From the sequence record OL964756.1: 40,000 bases of DNA. The stretch is one strand, 5' to 3'. Origin of the DNA: Aeromonas phage pAEv1810. The notes beneath the pieces are model-generated. The model worked only from the letters and a program-made list of their open reading frames with translations, made no database searches and was not told where the DNA came from. This document shows positions 9,233 through 17,656 of the stretch, piece after piece. Each line of letters begins with the position of its first letter. The stretch's first letter is position 1. Made by a program: the position numbers and the translations under genes.

Positions 9233-10324
9233 TCATCTTTCTTTTAAATCTAAATGAACATTATGGAATTTGTTTCTCCAATAAGGATCTTTTATTTGAT
9301 TAAGAATAAAAGCGGGATTTAGTTTATAGAAAGTTCTTAATTGAGCTTCTATAATAGGATCTTGATATCCCATGTAATCCATATAAGAGAGATATGGTTT
9401 CACCCAGTATAAAGCAGCTAAAGTATAAATCCAACCTAGCTGAATAAACATCTGGGATTTACCACAGTTAATGAAAGGTCCTGAGTTGGTGTAAAGAGTT
9501 GGATGGTATTCCATATACTCAGTAAAGCTTCTCAGTCTATCAGACATCAATTTCTTTTTCTTCCACGTTACATACTTGCCTAAGTCCATAGAGTAGTCTG
9601 TAAACGCGAATGGTGGATCTTGAATGACTATTCTATCACCAGCAGTATAATTCAACATTACTGTTTCATTATGTACTGGATAATAATCCATCAATACTAA
9701 ATATATAAAGTGTTGAGGAGTCAATCCCACATTAATATCATTGCTAACTCTATCGGTTAAGTAATAGTAATAACTTAGTACTAGTCGATGGACATCTACT
9801 TGTATAGCAGTGTAGAAGTCTTCTTGACTCTTCCTAATCTCACTATCTAATAACTTAGACAGATCCCAGTATTGAATATTACTGGTAGAGAAGATAGTGG
9901 AGAGTATTGGTTGCTCAGATATTTTTTCACGAGAGAGATCATCTATTGTCAACCCGTACTCATTATCGAACGGAACGACAAAAAGAGTGTGATGGTTGCT
10001 TTCAGGAAATACTGTATCGAGGTGATCTTTACCTTTGTTATATAACGAGGTAAGGTTAACCAAGCTTGCGTATTGTCTACCTTTTAATTCCACCAAATTA
10101 AAAAGAGACTCTGATCCTGATACAATGTCAACCGAAAAGTGATGAAGCAGTTGAACTAATGGATGTTGACTAGGAACAACACGATTACCTAGTTGGAAAT
10201 ACTTCCTATAGTTATCTCTGTTTCTAGCTATAATACGTTGTAGGTTACCAAGACCTCCGTACTGTGGTACTGAGTATTGTAACCCATTGCTCTTTAGTTT
10301 GAAATGAGACATATGGTAACTCAA
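9233..10324 (-). CDS. hypothetical protein, 363 aa
   Basis: Long minus-strand ORF occupying an otherwise empty gap; convergent to the polymerase gene. Confidence 0.75.
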   Translation of the reverse strand: MSYHMSHFKLKSNGLQYSVPQYGGLGNLQRIIARNRDNYRKYFQLGNRVVPSQHPLVQLLHHFSVDIVSGSESLFNLVELKGRQYASLVNLTSLYNKGKDHLDTVFPESNHHTLFVVPFDNEYGLTIDDLSREKISEQPILSTIFSTSNIQYWDLSKLLDSEIRKSQEDFYTAIQVDVHRLVLSYYYYLTDRVSNDINVGLTPQHFIYLVLMDYYPVHNETVMLNYTAGDRIVIQDPPFAFTDYSMDLGKYVTWKKKKLMSDRLRSFTEYMEYHPTLYTNSGPFINCGKSQMFIQLGWIYTLAALYWVKPYLSYMDYMGYQDPIIEAQLRTFYKLNPAFILNQIKDPYWRNKFHNVHLDLKER

Positions 10325-10466
10325 CTTAAAAAGATAAGTGATGTAGTATTATATGTACAAACATCTAGGTTCATCCTAGGTGTTAAAGCGGTAGCTGTAC
10401 GTCGTATGGAAAATTCTGTCATACGATCAACGTAGGAATGACTAATTTGTGACAATTTTTATAGTT

Positions 10467-10490
10467 CTATAATTTTTCAAACCTATATTA
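10467..10490 (+). promoter_or_regulatory. putative phage RNAP promoter (repeated motif, copy 2) upstream of chmA
   Basis: ctataatttttcaaacctatatta followed by C, giving exact TATATTAC at 10484-10491. Confidence 0.7.
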
Positions 10491-10578
10491 CCTAAGTGAT
10501 AAGTAAGAGAAGTATTTTCAATTACTTAATTAACCCGCCACTAGTGATTTAAATAACTTTTAGCTAAAGGAAATTATC

Positions 10579-12480
10579 ATGCAAGTTAACAACAACGAAA
10601 ACAACGCTATGAACTCCACCCTGGGTCTGGGTACTTCTTCTAACGGTTCTGGTTCTCCCCTGGCTGCTCTGTTTGGTAGCACCAACCTGATCACCTCCTC
10701 CCACTCCGCAACTGAAGTTGCTGATGTGAGCAAGTACCTGCAAGAGAAAGTTAAAGAGCTGCTGGCTAACACCGCTCCTGAAATCCAGAAAGCGACTCTG
10801 CCGCGTTTCATGCAACAGCTGACCTCTGACATCACTCCGCATCTGCCGGGTATCGCAATGTACACCGTACTGGGTACTAGCTGCTACGTTATGCCAATCC
10901 TGTTCTACAAAGCAGGTATCACCGATGCTACCGATACCATCCAAATGGGTAACGAAGCTCCGCGTGGTTACGCTAAGACTCCGACTTCCTTCATGACTAA
11001 TGATGTAATGAAGAAAGTTAAGGAAAGCTTCAAAGTCATCGATGGTAAGACCATGACTAACGTCGTTATCACTGCACCGATGGTAATGAACCTGGAGCGT
11101 TATATCAAAGCCGGGATCACTGGTGAAGATATGGCTGCTAAAGTTGGTCACAAGCTGCTCAAAGAGTGGCAGACTGGTATTACCAACATGGCTGCTCTGG
11201 AAACTCAGAAAGCTGGTGGTCAACTCCCCAACCCGTTTGCCGGTGGTAAACTGTTTGGTCAGCATGAAGCTGCTCTGGCTCGTGTTGAATCCGTTCATCA
11301 ACTGATCGTTGATGGTCTGCCCGTTCCGTATAACCTGGCTGTTAAACTGGCAACTGCCAACAAGAACAACATGACCAACTACGGTAACAACACTGCCAAG
11401 ACCATCCTGACAACTTACCTGAACGTCCAACTGGAAACTATGTCTCCGGGTCAGTTCAACGATGTCCGGGCTCGTAACCCTGGTCGTCCTTGCGGGCCGA
11501 TCGTTCCGGTTGTTGTAGCTGGTATGTCCAACCCTGGTGAAACCCTGCATCACAATAACTCCCTGATGACTCAACTGCTTGGCCTGTTCGCAAGTCTGGC
11601 AGCAAACGCTCCGGTGTTCTTCTCTGAAGCGTTCCGTGGTCAACAGGTTGGTAACCGTGGTAACCTGGGTGTGTTCAACAACTACATGGCTTCTATTCTG
11701 GGTCCTGTGTACGGTGCTGATCACAACCTCACCAACAAGAACATCACCAACATCGCGGTAACTAATGACTGGATCCAGCGTTATGTTGCTCCTCAAGCAG
11801 TATACGCGATCGATCTGATCGGTTATGTAGATGAAACCAGTAATAACGACTTCTGGTTCGGCATCACCTCTGGTGACAAGTCCTCTACCTACGTTCGCTC
11901 CATGATCTCCCTGTGTGATCTGCTGACCGGTGGTAAGTTCTCTGCTCTGGCTAAAGAGAACACTGAGAAAGGTGCAAACCGTGACAAGTCCAAAGAGTGG
12001 GCGTTTGGTGATGCAATCATGCATCGCACCAACATCATCCGTCCTTACGGTATCGCCAAGAAAGGTAATGCTTGGTTTGATCTGGGTGAAGTAGATGGCA
12101 TGTTCCTGCGTCAGCCCGAGTACTACGGTACCAATGAAGTAGCGATCAACGAGTACAACGCTCTGCTGCAAGGTAGCATGGGTAACATTGATACTCGTAT
12201 CCGTCAGTACAACATCCTGAACCGCCTGCAAGCGATGTTCAACAACGATGTGATCGTTGAAGGTTGGAGTCTGCGTTATGTATTTAACCAGTCCTTCTTC
12301 AACACCCTGGCTCAAGCAATGTCTGCTGCTGGTACTCTGTCTGTATCCGGTAACAACGCTGCCGCTAACTGGACCATGCACGTTCAGAACGAAATCCTGA
12401 ACATGACCATGGGTGCTAGCCTGTCTAACGCCCCGGTCACTCAGAACGTAATGAACAACGTGATGTACACCCAGTTCTAA
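10579..12480 (+). CDS. chmA: probable chimallin, phage nucleus shell protein
   Basis: 633 aa, close to the ~630-aa ChmA family size; extreme high-expression codon bias; lies directly upstream of the nvRNAP beta' N-terminal gene as in phiKZ (gp54-gp55), with phuZ nearby; own promoter and terminator. Confidence 0.82.
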   Translation: MQVNNNENNAMNSTLGLGTSSNGSGSPLAALFGSTNLITSSHSATEVADVSKYLQEKVKELLANTAPEIQKATLPRFMQQLTSDITPHLPGIAMYTVLGTSCYVMPILFYKAGITDATDTIQMGNEAPRGYAKTPTSFMTNDVMKKVKESFKVIDGKTMTNVVITAPMVMNLERYIKAGITGEDMAAKVGHKLLKEWQTGITNMAALETQKAGGQLPNPFAGGKLFGQHEAALARVESVHQLIVDGLPVPYNLAVKLATANKNNMTNYGNNTAKTILTTYLNVQLETMSPGQFNDVRARNPGRPCGPIVPVVVAGMSNPGETLHHNNSLMTQLLGLFASLAANAPVFFSEAFRGQQVGNRGNLGVFNNYMASILGPVYGADHNLTNKNITNIAVTNDWIQRYVAPQAVYAIDLIGYVDETSNNDFWFGITSGDKSSTYVRSMISLCDLLTGGKFSALAKENTEKGANRDKSKEWAFGDAIMHRTNIIRPYGIAKKGNAWFDLGEVDGMFLRQPEYYGTNEVAINEYNALLQGSMGNIDTRIRQYNILNRLQAMFNNDVIVEGWSLRYVFNQSFFNTLAQAMSAAGTLSVSGNNAAANWTMHVQNEILNMTMGASLSNAPVTQNVMNNVMYTQF

Positions 12481-12508
12481 TAGAGCTGATAAACGTTAAG
12501 ATGTAACT

Positions 12509-12540
12509 ACTAGAGAGGAGGGTAATTCCTCCTCTCTAGT
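12509..12540 (+). terminator. terminator-like hairpin after chmA
   Basis: ACTAGAGAGGAGG..CCTCCTCTCTAGT followed by TTTTATT. Confidence 0.8.
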
Positions 12541-12567
12541 TTTATTACCTGGAGGTAATTTTTTCGT

Positions 12568-14055
12568 ATGTCAACTTTAGCGAATGTACTTGAGCAATAC
12601 CAAATACAACATCTTCTTCCAACCACTCTATTTGATAAAATCATTGGAGAGTCAGGTTATGTACCAGAAGGTGATGACGAAAGTTTTTACCAACCTCTTT
12701 ATCCAGATATTGAAGATTTCAATTATCGGCATGATACCACTACAGTCCATCCGATCTATCTGAATGATTTCGATTTTAATATAGAAGAAGATCGAGAAAA
12801 GATTACAGCTCTACTACGTACTGAGTACGAAGGAAATAATTTCGATACAGTAGCAAGTTGCACTTGTAAGAAACATCGTACTAATGCGTACCTCGGTACA
12901 AGTTTCGTTTGTGACAGTTGTGGAGATCCTGTTACTAAACCACTTGGTGAGAAGATCGAAACCAAAGTCTGGCTTCGTACTCCTGCTAACGTGTCAGGGT
13001 TTATTAACCCAACTATTGCAGAAGTATTCTTCCGTAAACTCAACACCAAAACCCCTAAGGTTAATCTAGTGGAGTATTGGATTAACAAAGAGTTTAGAAA
13101 TGAAAAACGTTTTAGAGACCCAAGTCACAGTGCGTTTAAAATAGCTTGTAAACTGGAAGCTTTCCGTTTGTCACTCAATATCGAATTTGGATATAACGAG
13201 TTCGTTGACAACATGGATTTGATTATCCGATCAGCTATTGAACACGATACTAATGGTGTTCTGGATCTTACCGAAAAGAACCGTGAACATTATGCGATGT
13301 TCTGGGAAAAATTCAAATCAAGAGCTGTAGCTCAACATCTCCCTTTGCCTAACAAGGTAACCTCTATTGTCGAGTCTGACCAACGAGATAAATATGTTAA
13401 TAAGGAGAAGAGTGATCTTGAGAAGATCTTTTACACCATTGCTGATATGTATCCGGCTTATGACTATCGTTCTACTGAGAACGCAGAGATCATGGGGAAG
13501 ATCTTTACTAAACTCAAAAGCATGATGTTGGATGTGACTGAATCTATCCTGTTCAAGAAGAAAGGGATGATTCGATATCATGCTGGTGCCGGTAAGTTAC
13601 CGATGACTGGTCGTTCTATCATCACAGGAGAATCCGGTGTTTGTCGCTCAGACACTATTATTGTTCCATGGCTGTACGGAATTACGTGTCTGGATAAACA
13701 CCTAACTAACTGGTTGTATCGTAAAGGTTACACTCCACTAAAAGTAAAGGAGATTATCCGCTCAGCAGCTAACTTTAAACATCCTGTTGTAGAGGAGTTC
13801 TTTAACTGGGTAGAAAGTAATCGATACGCTATTGCAACTTGCGGTCGAAATCCCTCTATTCAGTATTTGTCAGCACGTGGTTTCTTTGTACAGTTTAACC
13901 GCGATGTAGAAGATAAATCCATCCGGATTCCAATCACTACAGTTAAGGAATTTAATGCTGACTTTGACGGTGAAGGGTATGCGCCGTGTTTAAATCTATC
14001 TAACTGCTGGGAAACCCTAAAGCTCATCATGCTACAACGTAACCTGAGAGGGTAA
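12568..14055 (+). CDS. nvRNAP beta' subunit, N-terminal fragment (phiKZ gp55-like), apparent exon 1
   Basis: Zinc-ribbon-like CTCKKHRT..CDSCG; GKLPMTGRSII; catalytic loop FNADFDGEGYAP. ORF terminates 28 codons after the catalytic motif. Confidence 0.88.
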   Translation: MSTLANVLEQYQIQHLLPTTLFDKIIGESGYVPEGDDESFYQPLYPDIEDFNYRHDTTTVHPIYLNDFDFNIEEDREKITALLRTEYEGNNFDTVASCTCKKHRTNAYLGTSFVCDSCGDPVTKPLGEKIETKVWLRTPANVSGFINPTIAEVFFRKLNTKTPKVNLVEYWINKEFRNEKRFRDPSHSAFKIACKLEAFRLSLNIEFGYNEFVDNMDLIIRSAIEHDTNGVLDLTEKNREHYAMFWEKFKSRAVAQHLPLPNKVTSIVESDQRDKYVNKEKSDLEKIFYTIADMYPAYDYRSTENAEIMGKIFTKLKSMMLDVTESILFKKKGMIRYHAGAGKLPMTGRSIITGESGVCRSDTIIVPWLYGITCLDKHLTNWLYRKGYTPLKVKEIIRSAANFKHPVVEEFFNWVESNRYAIATCGRNPSIQYLSARGFFVQFNRDVEDKSIRIPITTVKEFNADFDGEGYAPCLNLSNCWETLKLIMLQRNLRG

Positions 14056-14283
14056 GTGTGAACGCGGTCGAAAGACAGAAAGAAATGATGAGATGATCTA
14101 AGCTTAATATCTTTGTTCTGGAAGAACGGAGTGCTAAGGATCAAGATACAGAAATGGGTAATCAGCCTCGAAGTCCTAACTAGTTATAGTTACGATGTGA
14201 TCAACGATCAAGTACCTGGAAGCCCAGGTTAACGGTAGACAGGTCTACAAGGATTGTGGCCTCGAAGATATGATCTCAGCCGG
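14046..14283 (+). other. putative ORF-less group I intron interrupting nvRNAP beta' (boundaries inferred)
   Basis: P1-like ACCT^GAGAGGGT with U-G wobble at the predicted 5' splice site; J8/7-P7'-like AAGATATGATC at 14266-14275; several hairpins; removing 238 nt rejoins frame 1 to frame 2. Confidence 0.6.
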
Positions 14284-14539
14284 TATGAAAGTATCGGAAT
14301 ACTTGAGTAGCGATCAAGTGAAAGCCGTTGTGAAACGTTACAATGAAGAACTGGATAACATGTATCTATTCTTTATCCCAGATATGGTGGGTAAAGTAAA
14401 TGCATATAGTAACTGGGGACACCATCAAATGGTCGATCCTAACAAGCCGTTTAAAACAAGTAGATTTGTTGCTGCAACACGGACTAATCTCTTAAATATA
14501 AATAGCGTACTTCTTAATACACCGATTGAGGAGGACTAA
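14284..14539 (+). CDS. nvRNAP beta' N-terminal fragment, apparent exon 2
   Basis: ORF 14270..14539; its frame is open upstream to 14201 and no convincing RBS precedes ATG 14270; coding-like KVSEYLSSDQVKAVVKRYNEELDNMYLFFIPDMVGKVNAYSNWG. Confidence 0.6.
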
Positions 14540-14540
14540 T

Positions 14541-15191
14541 TTGAACGTAACATCAGCTTTCAATAGAGGTTGTGGTGGAAGTTTGAGTAGTGAAGCTGCT
14601 CAAGTCTACGATAACTTCATGGGAAATATGCTACAGAAATACGATAACTTAACTGGATGGTTGAGTGAAACTGTAGATTCTGTAAAGAAAGCTCATAGTA
14701 ACTTTATGTCTTCTAAGATGTGGGAGTTCTCTAACCGCATTGGTAGAACAGGACACTACGTAGGAAGATTCGAAATCGGTTATCTGTCGGAAGTTCAATT
14801 CCAACAACAGGCCACTGGGTTTATGCGTAATTACATTATGGCTAACCCTAACATGATGGCGTTGTATGAAACCGAACAAGTCTCTGGATATGCTGGAGAT
14901 TTCTCTGACCTGTGCTCTGGTATTGGTCATGGTAACTATTACTATGATAAAGCGATGGATGGGTTAGTTACTCAAAATGAGAGTGATCAATACTTCTATC
15001 GCACTTACCATAATTCAATGGACGAGGGTACACATCTAAGTCCTAGAGAACGTTTCGATATTCAACGTACTTGGCGTGCGACCGATCACCATATCAAGAA
15101 CTTGTTTGACTCGTCTAACATTGCGGGTGGGAACATTCTTACCTTGGAAGAGGTTGAAGAACGTCGCAAAGCAGAAGAAGATAAAGAGTAA
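14541..15191 (+). CDS. hypothetical phage protein
   Basis: TTG start at 14541 with GAGGAGGA immediately upstream, favoured over the 14526 TTG of the ORF track. Confidence 0.75.
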   Translation: MNVTSAFNRGCGGSLSSEAAQVYDNFMGNMLQKYDNLTGWLSETVDSVKKAHSNFMSSKMWEFSNRIGRTGHYVGRFEIGYLSEVQFQQQATGFMRNYIMANPNMMALYETEQVSGYAGDFSDLCSGIGHGNYYYDKAMDGLVTQNESDQYFYRTYHNSMDEGTHLSPRERFDIQRTWRATDHHIKNLFDSSNIAGGNILTLEEVEERRKAEEDKE

Positions 15192-15198
15192 TTAAACT

Positions 15199-15230
15199 GA
15201 ACTACCTGAGGAGCTATCCTTGGGTAGTTC
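15199..15230 (+). terminator. terminator-like hairpin
   Basis: GAACTACC..GGGTAGTTC followed by TTTT. Confidence 0.55.
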
Positions 15231-15264
15231 TTTTACCCACGTTAAAAATTAAGGAAATAGACAA

Positions 15265-15591
15265 ATGAAACAAGTACACCAAGATGATATCTGTGTTGTA
15301 ACACGATCTGAAGTTGATGTTAATCGTTACTATGGGCGTGGTCGCAATAATAATCTTCCATTTTGTATGCTTAAATTCCAAGATAGCGGTGAGTCCACCA
15401 AAGAAAATGGGTTCACTTTGGAAGGTGTAATCGCTTCCGCTATTGATCGTTTGGAACACTTTAATACTGGACAGTTTAAATGTGATCACAACGATCGTGC
15501 TTTGGAACATCTTCGTGGTGCATTGAAAGAACTCAATGACCGAGTAGAAGATCGTAAAGCACGAAATGTTTACAACACCGACAAAGCGTAG
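15265..15591 (+). CDS. hypothetical protein
   Basis: 108-aa ORF, RBS AAGGAAA. Confidence 0.75.
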   Translation: MKQVHQDDICVVTRSEVDVNRYYGRGRNNNLPFCMLKFQDSGESTKENGFTLEGVIASAIDRLEHFNTGQFKCDHNDRALEHLRGALKELNDRVEDRKARNVYNTDKA

Positions 15592-15599
15592 GAGTTAAC

Positions 15600-16088
15600 A
15601 TGGGTGCTGGATATGCCTCTTTCCAGATGGATTTGAAAAGCGCAGTAGCGATTAATACAGCAATTGAAAAAGAAGAGATTAAGTGTGCTGATGACTTTCA
15701 CGAGAAACTGACAACGAAGATTAACATTGTAGCTAATGATCTTCACACAACTCTTATGTATGACAAACGAGATCCGGATATTAGCCCAGGAATCAATCGT
15801 AAATCATACAAAGCTAAGGTAATCGACGTAGAGAAGTTAGGGGTACCCGGTAAGCAATTCTACGCCCTAGTCCTTACTCTTGAGTCAGAAGAGATTCAGA
15901 AACGTTTTAAAGAGCTGCTAGATCTTGGGTTTGAACACTCTTTCCCAGAGCTTAAACTCCATTGTAGTTTGTATTATGGGGATGGAACTGAACTGTGTTA
16001 TAAGTTCATGAAACGTTTGTTCGATGAAGGTAAACTGCCAGAATACATTACACTTTGTAATGAGAACTGGAATGCTTGCAAAGACTAA
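15600..16088 (+). CDS. putative 2H phosphoesterase, Acb1-like (anti-CBASS) candidate
   Basis: Two H-x-(T/S) motifs: LHTTLMYDKRDP (H49/T51) and LKLHCSLYYGDG (H121/S123), ~72 residues apart in a 162-aa protein; size and spacing match T4 Acb1 (57B) as remembered. Confidence 0.68.
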   Translation: MGAGYASFQMDLKSAVAINTAIEKEEIKCADDFHEKLTTKINIVANDLHTTLMYDKRDPDISPGINRKSYKAKVIDVEKLGVPGKQFYALVLTLESEEIQKRFKELLDLGFEHSFPELKLHCSLYYGDGTELCYKFMKRLFDEGKLPEYITLCNENWNACKD

Positions 16089-16098
16089 CATTTAAGAT

Positions 16099-16122
16099 CC
16101 ATAGATTTTCAAACCTATATTA
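16099..16122 (+). promoter_or_regulatory. putative phage RNAP promoter (repeated motif, copy 3)
   Basis: ccatagattttcaaacctatatta followed by C; exact TATATTAC at 16116-16123. Confidence 0.65.
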
Positions 16123-16182
16123 CTAGAGTGATAAATAGAATATGTATTTTCAACTCTACAGATATAGATAAGGAATCTCATC

Positions 16183-16326
16183 ATGACTTCAGGTCAATAC
16201 TTCGGACTCGCTTTCTTTGCTCCTATGATGGTAGTTACCTTCTCTATGTTGGGTTTCTATTATTATAACCGGTGGAAAGAAAACAAAGCTAAGAAAGGTC
16301 CTATGGCTACCTTTAATAAGCGTTAA
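16183..16326 (+). CDS. 47-aa single-transmembrane microprotein (absent from the ORF track)
   Basis: ATG..TAA encodes MTSGQYFGLAFFAPMMVVTFSMLGFYYYNRWKENKAKKGPMATFNKR; AAGGAA upstream; flanked by its own promoter-like motif and terminator. Confidence 0.8.
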   Translation: MTSGQYFGLAFFAPMMVVTFSMLGFYYYNRWKENKAKKGPMATFNKR

Positions 16327-16334
16327 GTTATACG

Positions 16335-16364
16335 TTGCTACTCTCCCAATTGGGAGAGTAGCAA
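16335..16364 (+). terminator. terminator-like hairpin
   Basis: TTGCTACTCTCCCAATTGGGAGAGTAGCAA perfect palindrome. Confidence 0.75.
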
Positions 16365-16408
16365 TATTAAGAATGATAAATTTTTTGTTTAAATTTAAGG
16401 AGTAGTGT

Positions 16409-16822
16409 ATGCCAAAAGGTGTAGTTGCTACCATGGATACTTTAGGATATGTTAAAGAACCTACCGTAAAGATAGATCGACTCATTGCGTATTGGTTTGC
16501 AAACCGTATTGATCAATCTATTATCCTCACTGGTATTTATAGTTATCAATATGTTGTCGCAAGACATCAGAACGATTTCCAGATTGATAACTTTATTAAA
16601 GATATGGAAGAAAGTTTACGTTCCTATCTTTTAGAGTGTTTCACAGGTGTCGAAGTGGTGGTTAGATCACCAGATTACGAACCAGTTAAAAAGATGTTTA
16701 CATTAGCAGTATCTGGACAAGTAGAAGAAGACGGTAAGCTGTATGATTTAGCAACGTCAGTTTCTGTTAATGGTAAGACATTCGAATTAATTCAAAAAGG
16801 AAGGAAAGAATATGCAAGGTAA
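16409..16822 (+). CDS. hypothetical protein
   Basis: 137-aa ORF, RBS AAGGAG. Confidence 0.75.
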   Translation: MPKGVVATMDTLGYVKEPTVKIDRLIAYWFANRIDQSIILTGIYSYQYVVARHQNDFQIDNFIKDMEESLRSYLLECFTGVEVVVRSPDYEPVKKMFTLAVSGQVEEDGKLYDLATSVSVNGKTFELIQKGRKEYAR

Positions 16823-17624
16823 AGAAGTTGCAGGTTTTGAAGGGGTTGATAAATTCGCTCACGGTGATTTGTTCGAATTCCTAAGTAAGACCTTTGCTTA
16901 TACAGAAGTGGCTGGACAACGTGTTATCCAGACCCCGGATGGTCTATTTGTAGAACACGTGTTGATGGAAGAAGAGTACTTCGTAGAGAACTGGTTGTCC
17001 CAGTTTGCCATTGGTCACGCTGGTGATAAGAACTACTTCGATATGGAGACTTGGAACCAGCTTACTGATAACTTCACCAAAGGTGTAATTGTTATCAATG
17101 AACAACGTCATCCGGTTCTGATTATTCGCAAGTTCACCGAGATGGTACTACCCGAAGATCTAATGGAGAAACTCGCCTTTTGCAGTAACTATGCTTCTAA
17201 AGCCAAGTTTGTTACTGACGAAGCTGAAAAGACAGCTTTGATCAAACAGTTTGCTGAACAAGTCAATGCGATCACTAACTACGCCGGGGTAGATGAAGAT
17301 TCATTAACTAGTTTGATCCCTCCTGCATTCTACGATAAACACAATGTGCATCCGCTCACAATGAAGCAATTGATCTACATTCGTGATACGTATAAAGTAG
17401 CTGGTCAATCTATCGATCCTGATGGTGATATATTCAAACGTCTTGAAACCATTATTACTAGGTTTAATAAAGGTGAAAAGATCAACGAGTCAGATAAGAA
17501 GTTTGTTCTTGATATTACTCAGAATGAATTTCTTTTTGACTACGAAGACCATTCGGTAGAAGAATCAATTTCAATCGAAAAAACACCGTCAGAACCTGAA
17601 GAATTTGATCCGCTTGCGGATTAA
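16812..17624 (+). CDS. hypothetical protein
   Basis: 270-aa ORF overlapping the previous one by 11 nt. Confidence 0.8.
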   Translation: MQGKEVAGFEGVDKFAHGDLFEFLSKTFAYTEVAGQRVIQTPDGLFVEHVLMEEEYFVENWLSQFAIGHAGDKNYFDMETWNQLTDNFTKGVIVINEQRHPVLIIRKFTEMVLPEDLMEKLAFCSNYASKAKFVTDEAEKTALIKQFAEQVNAITNYAGVDEDSLTSLIPPAFYDKHNVHPLTMKQLIYIRDTYKVAGQSIDPDGDIFKRLETIITRFNKGEKINESDKKFVLDITQNEFLFDYEDHSVEESISIEKTPSEPEEFDPLAD

Positions 17625-17656
17625 ACTAACGAGGGTGTTTACGTTTAGGAACGGAC

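Noticed and set aside
10564-12381. 605-aa antisense ORF on the minus strand
   Set aside because: Lies entirely opposite the highly codon-biased chmA-like gene. Openness is explained by that bias; the protein composition is Val/Thr/His/Gln-rich and artificial-looking.
14056-14269. Interpretation of the beta' interruption as an intein
   Set aside because: The interval is not open in a continuous frame (stop at 14053-14055 and others) and is too short for an intein; the RNA-level explanation fits better.
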